DNA of 64,000 nucleotides from Longimicrobiales bacterium (lineage in GTDB: Bacteria; Gemmatimonadota; Gemmatimonadetes; Longimicrobiales; Gaopeijiaceae). The notes under the pieces are model-generated. The model ran no database searches and was not told the origin of the DNA. It saw nothing but the letters and a program-made list of their open reading frames with translations. Location: contig CAXXKM010000001.1 in the NCBI GenBank assembly GCA_963664435.2, positions 992,001 to 1,056,000 of the forward strand. Reading direction: 5' to 3'. A program made the position numbers and the translations under genes. Below, piece after piece: positions 60,318 to 64,000 of the stretch. How positions within the stretch are numbered: position 1 is the first letter of the stretch; each line of letters begins with the position of its first letter.

Positions 60318-60908
60318 ATGCGGAACGAGGCACGGAATACCAAGACGCGTAAGACACGTAGAATGTGTAAAATGCGTAAAATGTGTAAATCGGGCGCGAC
60401 TCTCGCGTGGATCGCCCTGTTGGGGTTCGCCAGCACGGCCGGCGCCCAGACGCCGTCCCGCGCCGAACTGCTCGGGATCGCGCGCGAGGTGGTGGAGGAA
60501 GCGGCGTTCGTATCGCTGGCCACTCTGGATGACGAGGGCTTTCCGGCGGTGCGCGCCATGGACCCCCTCCCGCCCGACGACGACTGGGTGGTGTGGCTGG
60601 CCACCAATCCGGACAGCCGAAAGGTGGATCAACTGCGCGCACGGCCCCGGGTGGCGCTCCACTATCTCGCCGAGAGCGTGCCGGCGTTCGTCACGCTGAT
60701 CGGGCGGGCGCGTCTGGTCGACGACCCCGAGGCGAAGGCGCGCCACTGGAAGGAGTCGTGGACGCCGTTCTACCCGGACCGGGACGCGAGCGTGCTGCTG
60801 ATCGAGGTGACGCCTATCCGGCTCGAGGTGGTCTCGGAGGCGCACGGCGCACCGGGCGACCCGGAGACGTGGCGGGCGCATGTGGTGGAGTTCGGGTATG
60901 AGCCGTGA
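60318..60908 (+). CDS. Pyridoxamine 5'-phosphate oxidase-like / general stress protein with signal peptide
   Basis: 'LATLD..G.PAVRAM', 'TNPDSRKVDQL...PRVAL', 'LIGRARLVDD'; 9-nt repeats make the start uncertain. Confidence 0.82.
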   Translation: MRNEARNTKTRKTRRMCKMRKMCKSGATLAWIALLGFASTAGAQTPSRAELLGIAREVVEEAAFVSLATLDDEGFPAVRAMDPLPPDDDWVVWLATNPDSRKVDQLRARPRVALHYLAESVPAFVTLIGRARLVDDPEAKARHWKESWTPFYPDRDASVLLIEVTPIRLEVVSEAHGAPGDPETWRAHVVEFGYEP

Positions 60909-60956
60909 CCGAATCGGTTTCGCCCCACTGCACTTGGCCGACTATCGTGGCTATTG

Positions 60957-60994
60957 GAGGCGGGAGTTTCTGTAAGAGGCGGGAGTTTCTGTAA
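60957..60994. repeat. Perfect 19-bp tandem duplication GAGGCGGGAGTTTCTGTAA
   Basis: Copies at 60957-60975 and 60976-60994. Confidence 0.9.
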
Positions 60995-61044
60995 GCAGTC
61001 ATGGAGCTTCACCGAAGGCGGCAAGCGGCGAGCTGACGGCGCCA

Positions 61045-63009
61045 TCATCCCAGGTGCTCCTCCACAGCTTCGCGCGCCCTGGCCTCGATCTCCCACGGGA
61101 TATCGGAATCGCGGTAGAGCGCGGCCCCGTTTGAGAGGGCGACGGTCTTGCTCATCGGCGGGGCACCGGGAGGGACGGATGGGACGGGAGGCAAGTCCTC
61201 CCACCCCTGTTGCGTGGGCGGTTGTGCTTCCCCTTCGCCTCGCTGCCCTGGCGCGGTCGCCGATGTTGGCTTGCCCGGCACGGTCGCGGATCTCGGCCTG
61301 CCCGGCGCCGTCGCCGATCTCGGCTTGCGCGGCGCGTCCGCCAGCATCTTCCCGCTGGGCGTGAAGAAGAGCACCGTCCCATCGCGGTTCACCGACACCT
61401 TCACCTGTCCCTCGTGAACGGCGCGATGGTGCCGCCGGCAGAGCAGCAGTGTGTTCCGGAGGCTCGTCTCACCTCCGTCGGCCCAGTGCTTCACGTGATG
61501 CGCCTCGGTGAACCGACAGCCGCACCCGGGGAAGCGGCATCCCCGGTCGCGCTCCTCCAGCGCACGCCGGATGTGCGGAGGAATGGTGCGCGTCCTGCGT
61601 CCGACGTTCAGCAGCGAGCTATCCTTCAGCAACGAGCCATTCTTCGCGTGGACCATCGCCACCACCGCGGCATCGCACGCCATGCGCCGCGACGTTTCCG
61701 CGGAAACGCGGATCCCGTCCAGATCCGAGCGTCCGGGCTCGCCCTCCGCCGCGAGCGTCGCCGCATCGCAATGGACCATCACCTGGTAGCGCTCCGCACG
61801 GGTGCCGGATTCGACGCCGCGCGAGGCGGGCGGTTCGGTGCGGGATCGGGGCTGCCACTCCTCGCGGGATCGAGTCTGCGGCTCGTCCTCGGATTGGGGC
61901 GCATCGTCCTGGGAATGGGGCGCATCGTCACGGGATTGGGGCGCCTCGTCCTGGGCAAGGAGCGCCTCGTCCTGGGCAAGGAGCGCGTCGTCTTGCGAAA
62001 GGGGCGCCTCGCCAAGGGGCCCATCGTCGTGGGATCGAATCTTCAGCTCGTCGCCGAGTTCGCTACCTCCGAACCCGGCCGCCAGCGCCCGCTCCGCCAA
62101 TAGCCCCACCGCATCCGCCCGCCGCTGCTTCGGCTCCGGGCGCGCATCGCCGTCATTGCCCTCGGGGCTACCGGCACCCGCCCCGCCCTCGCGTCGGAAC
62201 AGCGCATCCGACGCCGCCTCCACCGCGCGCATCAGCACCGCTCCGACCTCCGGCTCGAGCCGGCCCTTCACCACGTACATCCCGTCGCCGTCCACGAACA
62301 CCGAGAACGTGCGGCTGCGGTGCCGGGCCTGCTCGGCGGTCAGTTCCTCATCGCGCGACAGCTTCTTCCACATGCGCACCATCCGCTCCAGCCTCGCGGC
62401 CGAGCCGGCACGCGCGAACTCGAGCAGCTCCGTCTCGCTCGCCGGCGTCGCGACGCGCGTCAGCGCCCGCACCTTGGCGTAGGAGATGGTCCCCTCCCGA
62501 AGAGCGTCGGCGGTCTGCGGCAGATTCTCCAGCGCGCGGGCGGCCCGCACCCGTTCGCGGGCCGGCCCGATCGTGATGCCGATCTTCCAGGCGAGCCACT
62601 CCGCGCAGGAGCCGAAGCCGTCCTTCCAGCCGCCCCGGCGATCGAAATCGGCGAGGAGGGCCATCATCCGCGATTCCGCGGCATTGATGCCCGCGGCCAG
62701 CTCCGCGATGCGTTCGCCCAGCCGGGCGAGGTCATCGTCGCCCCCGTCGGGCGCGGGATCGGAGGGCGCTGAAATGGTATCGGGGAGCACACCGTCGTCG
62801 CCGGAGACAGCGGAAACGCCGGGCGCCGCGATGCAGTCCGGTGGCATGTGGTTGTCGTCGCGGGGAGTGACGGAGCCGGGCTCGGAGAGCGCATTCGGGG
62901 AAACGCCCCTGGTGGCGGGCCGGGAGCCAGTCGGTTCGCGCACCGTCGCGGGCCACGGAGAAGGCTTCCCGCGCGTGTCGTAGAGAACGTCCGGAGATGC
63001 GATCATCAT
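61045..63009 (-). CDS. DUF222 + HNH endonuclease (13E12-repeat-like family)
   Basis: 'FGSCAEWLAW', 'ISYAKVRALTR', 'RRMACDA', 'RDRGCRFPGC...AHHVKHWADGGET...LLCRRHHRAVHE'; GGAGG RBS. Confidence 0.92.
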   Translation of the reverse strand: MMIASPDVLYDTRGKPSPWPATVREPTGSRPATRGVSPNALSEPGSVTPRDDNHMPPDCIAAPGVSAVSGDDGVLPDTISAPSDPAPDGGDDDLARLGERIAELAAGINAAESRMMALLADFDRRGGWKDGFGSCAEWLAWKIGITIGPARERVRAARALENLPQTADALREGTISYAKVRALTRVATPASETELLEFARAGSAARLERMVRMWKKLSRDEELTAEQARHRSRTFSVFVDGDGMYVVKGRLEPEVGAVLMRAVEAASDALFRREGGAGAGSPEGNDGDARPEPKQRRADAVGLLAERALAAGFGGSELGDELKIRSHDDGPLGEAPLSQDDALLAQDEALLAQDEAPQSRDDAPHSQDDAPQSEDEPQTRSREEWQPRSRTEPPASRGVESGTRAERYQVMVHCDAATLAAEGEPGRSDLDGIRVSAETSRRMACDAAVVAMVHAKNGSLLKDSSLLNVGRRTRTIPPHIRRALEERDRGCRFPGCGCRFTEAHHVKHWADGGETSLRNTLLLCRRHHRAVHEGQVKVSVNRDGTVLFFTPSGKMLADAPRKPRSATAPGRPRSATVPGKPTSATAPGQRGEGEAQPPTQQGWEDLPPVPSVPPGAPPMSKTVALSNGAALYRDSDIPWEIEARAREAVEEHLG

Positions 63010-63220
63010 TCCTCCCAACATACGATTGTACCATGACTTACGTACAAATATAACGTCCCTCGAATCGGCCTCTCAGGATGCCCTGTAGTGGCCGACGCGG
63101 GGTTGGGAGACCTTCGGAAGAGGCATGGGCCCGCGAACGCTGTCAGCGCGTCCGTCAGCGCCTCTGGCGGGCTGGAGAATCCGGAATGTCGGACTCTGCC
63201 GAATCGCGACCTCCGAATCC

Positions 63221-63346
63221 GTCAATGGCAGAATGGGACTCCGCCATGTGAATTCGGGACGGCCGCTCCTGGTCCCCCTGCGTCGGGGGACGCCAAGCCC
63301 TGTCAATGGTGGAATGAGACCTTCCCATGTGAACTCTGGACGGGCC
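63221..63346. repeat. Two degenerate ~44-bp direct repeats, 81 bp apart
   Basis: GTCAATGG..GAATG.GAC....CCATGTGAA.TC.GGACGG at 63221 and 63302. Confidence 0.75.
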
Positions 63347-63361
63347 GGGATGGCGGGCCGT

Positions 63362-63634
63362 ACCGATGACTGGACCGGCCCGGATGGCAAACCCAACCGA
63401 TGATGGGACCGCCACGGATCGCGGGCCATACCGATGACGGGATAGCCACGGATCGCGGGCCATACCGATGACGGGATAGCCACGGATGGCGAGCCGTACC
63501 AATTGACGGGACCGGCCGGAATGCCGGGCAACACCGATGACGGGACCGGCCCGGATGACGAGCTCAACCGATGACTGGACCGGCCGGGATGGCGGGCCGT
63601 ACCGATTGACTGGACCGGCCCGGCTGCCGGGCGG
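63362..63634. repeat. Array of eight 34-35 bp units (ACCGATGAC[GT]GGA...CGGAT...)
   Basis: Units start at 63362, 63396, 63430, 63464, 63498, 63533, 63567 and 63601. Confidence 0.9.
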
Positions 63635-63662
63635 GACCGCTTGGCGAGCCCGGCGGGTCGCT

Positions 63663-63998
63663 CTACCCTCCGGTCCGCGCCATGGCCGCGATCAGTTGTC
63701 CCAGATGCTCGAGGTCGCGCAGGTCCAGCACCTCGCCCGGGGAGTGGCTGTAGCGTCCCGGCCATGAGAGTCCCTGGTTGGGGGCGCCCCAGAAGGTGAA
63801 CTGGGTGCCGTCGGTTCCGCCCTGGGTCAGCCCGATCTGAAGCGGGATGCCGGCCTCGCGGGCGGCGTTGATCACGCGCTGGCGTTCGCGGTCGGGAGAC
63901 ACGGACGAGTTCTCGATGGCGCGCAGGACCGGGCCCCGTCCGAGGAGGGCGTGCGCGAAGTGGGGGGTCTCCAGCGGGGTGTCGGAGGAGACGAAGGT
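63663..63998 (-). CDS. M42/M20 family peptidase, C-terminal part, truncated by window end
   Basis: 'GGTDG', 'PGRYSHSPGEVLDLRD'. Confidence 0.8.
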   Translation of the reverse strand, partial: TFVSSDTPLETPHFAHALLGRGPVLRAIENSSVSPDRERQRVINAAREAGIPLQIGLTQGGTDGTQFTFWGAPNQGLSWPGRYSHSPGEVLDLRDLEHLGQLIAAMARTGG

Positions 63999-64000
63999 GT

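Noticed and set aside
63362..63634. CRISPR array
   Set aside because: No unique 25-40 nt spacers between identical repeats, and no cas genes in the window.
63073..63765. 230-aa minus-strand ORF across the repeat array
   Set aside because: Overlaps the peptidase 3' end out of frame, is low complexity, and its 34-bp units are not codon-phased.

Overview
High-GC bacterial chromosomal segment. The gene content (VPS10/BNR protein, three DUF5916 barrels, several TonB-dependent receptors, D-aminoacylase, DUF222-HNH) suggests Gemmatimonadota, possibly host-associated; that placement is inference. Bases 1-9.3 kb are the end of a defence island: a PD-(D/E)XK (DUF4420-like) gene, an AIPR gene split by an IS3-like element, a decayed partial copy of the Schlafen gene, a compact two-gene cassette (small ART-like protein plus DUF6575-like protein) and a Schlafen/AlbA_2-HATPase-TPR gene. 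The middle holds catabolic and envelope genes (solA, AAA_14 ATPase, P450, frameshifted CocE/NonD hydrolase, XRE-ImmA/IrrE regulator, NCS2 permease, MscS), an ECF sigma-FecR-TBDR operon with a duplicated STN-like signalling domain, and a copC-copD cluster between two near-duplicate DUF5916 genes. The right end has a leuA-ilvC-ilvD-leuC-leuD operon without leuB or ilvBN, ychF, a DUF222-HNH gene next to a 34-bp tandem array, and a partial M42 peptidase. No rRNA, tRNA or true CRISPR array was recognised. Family names come from motifs recognised by eye, not from database searches.
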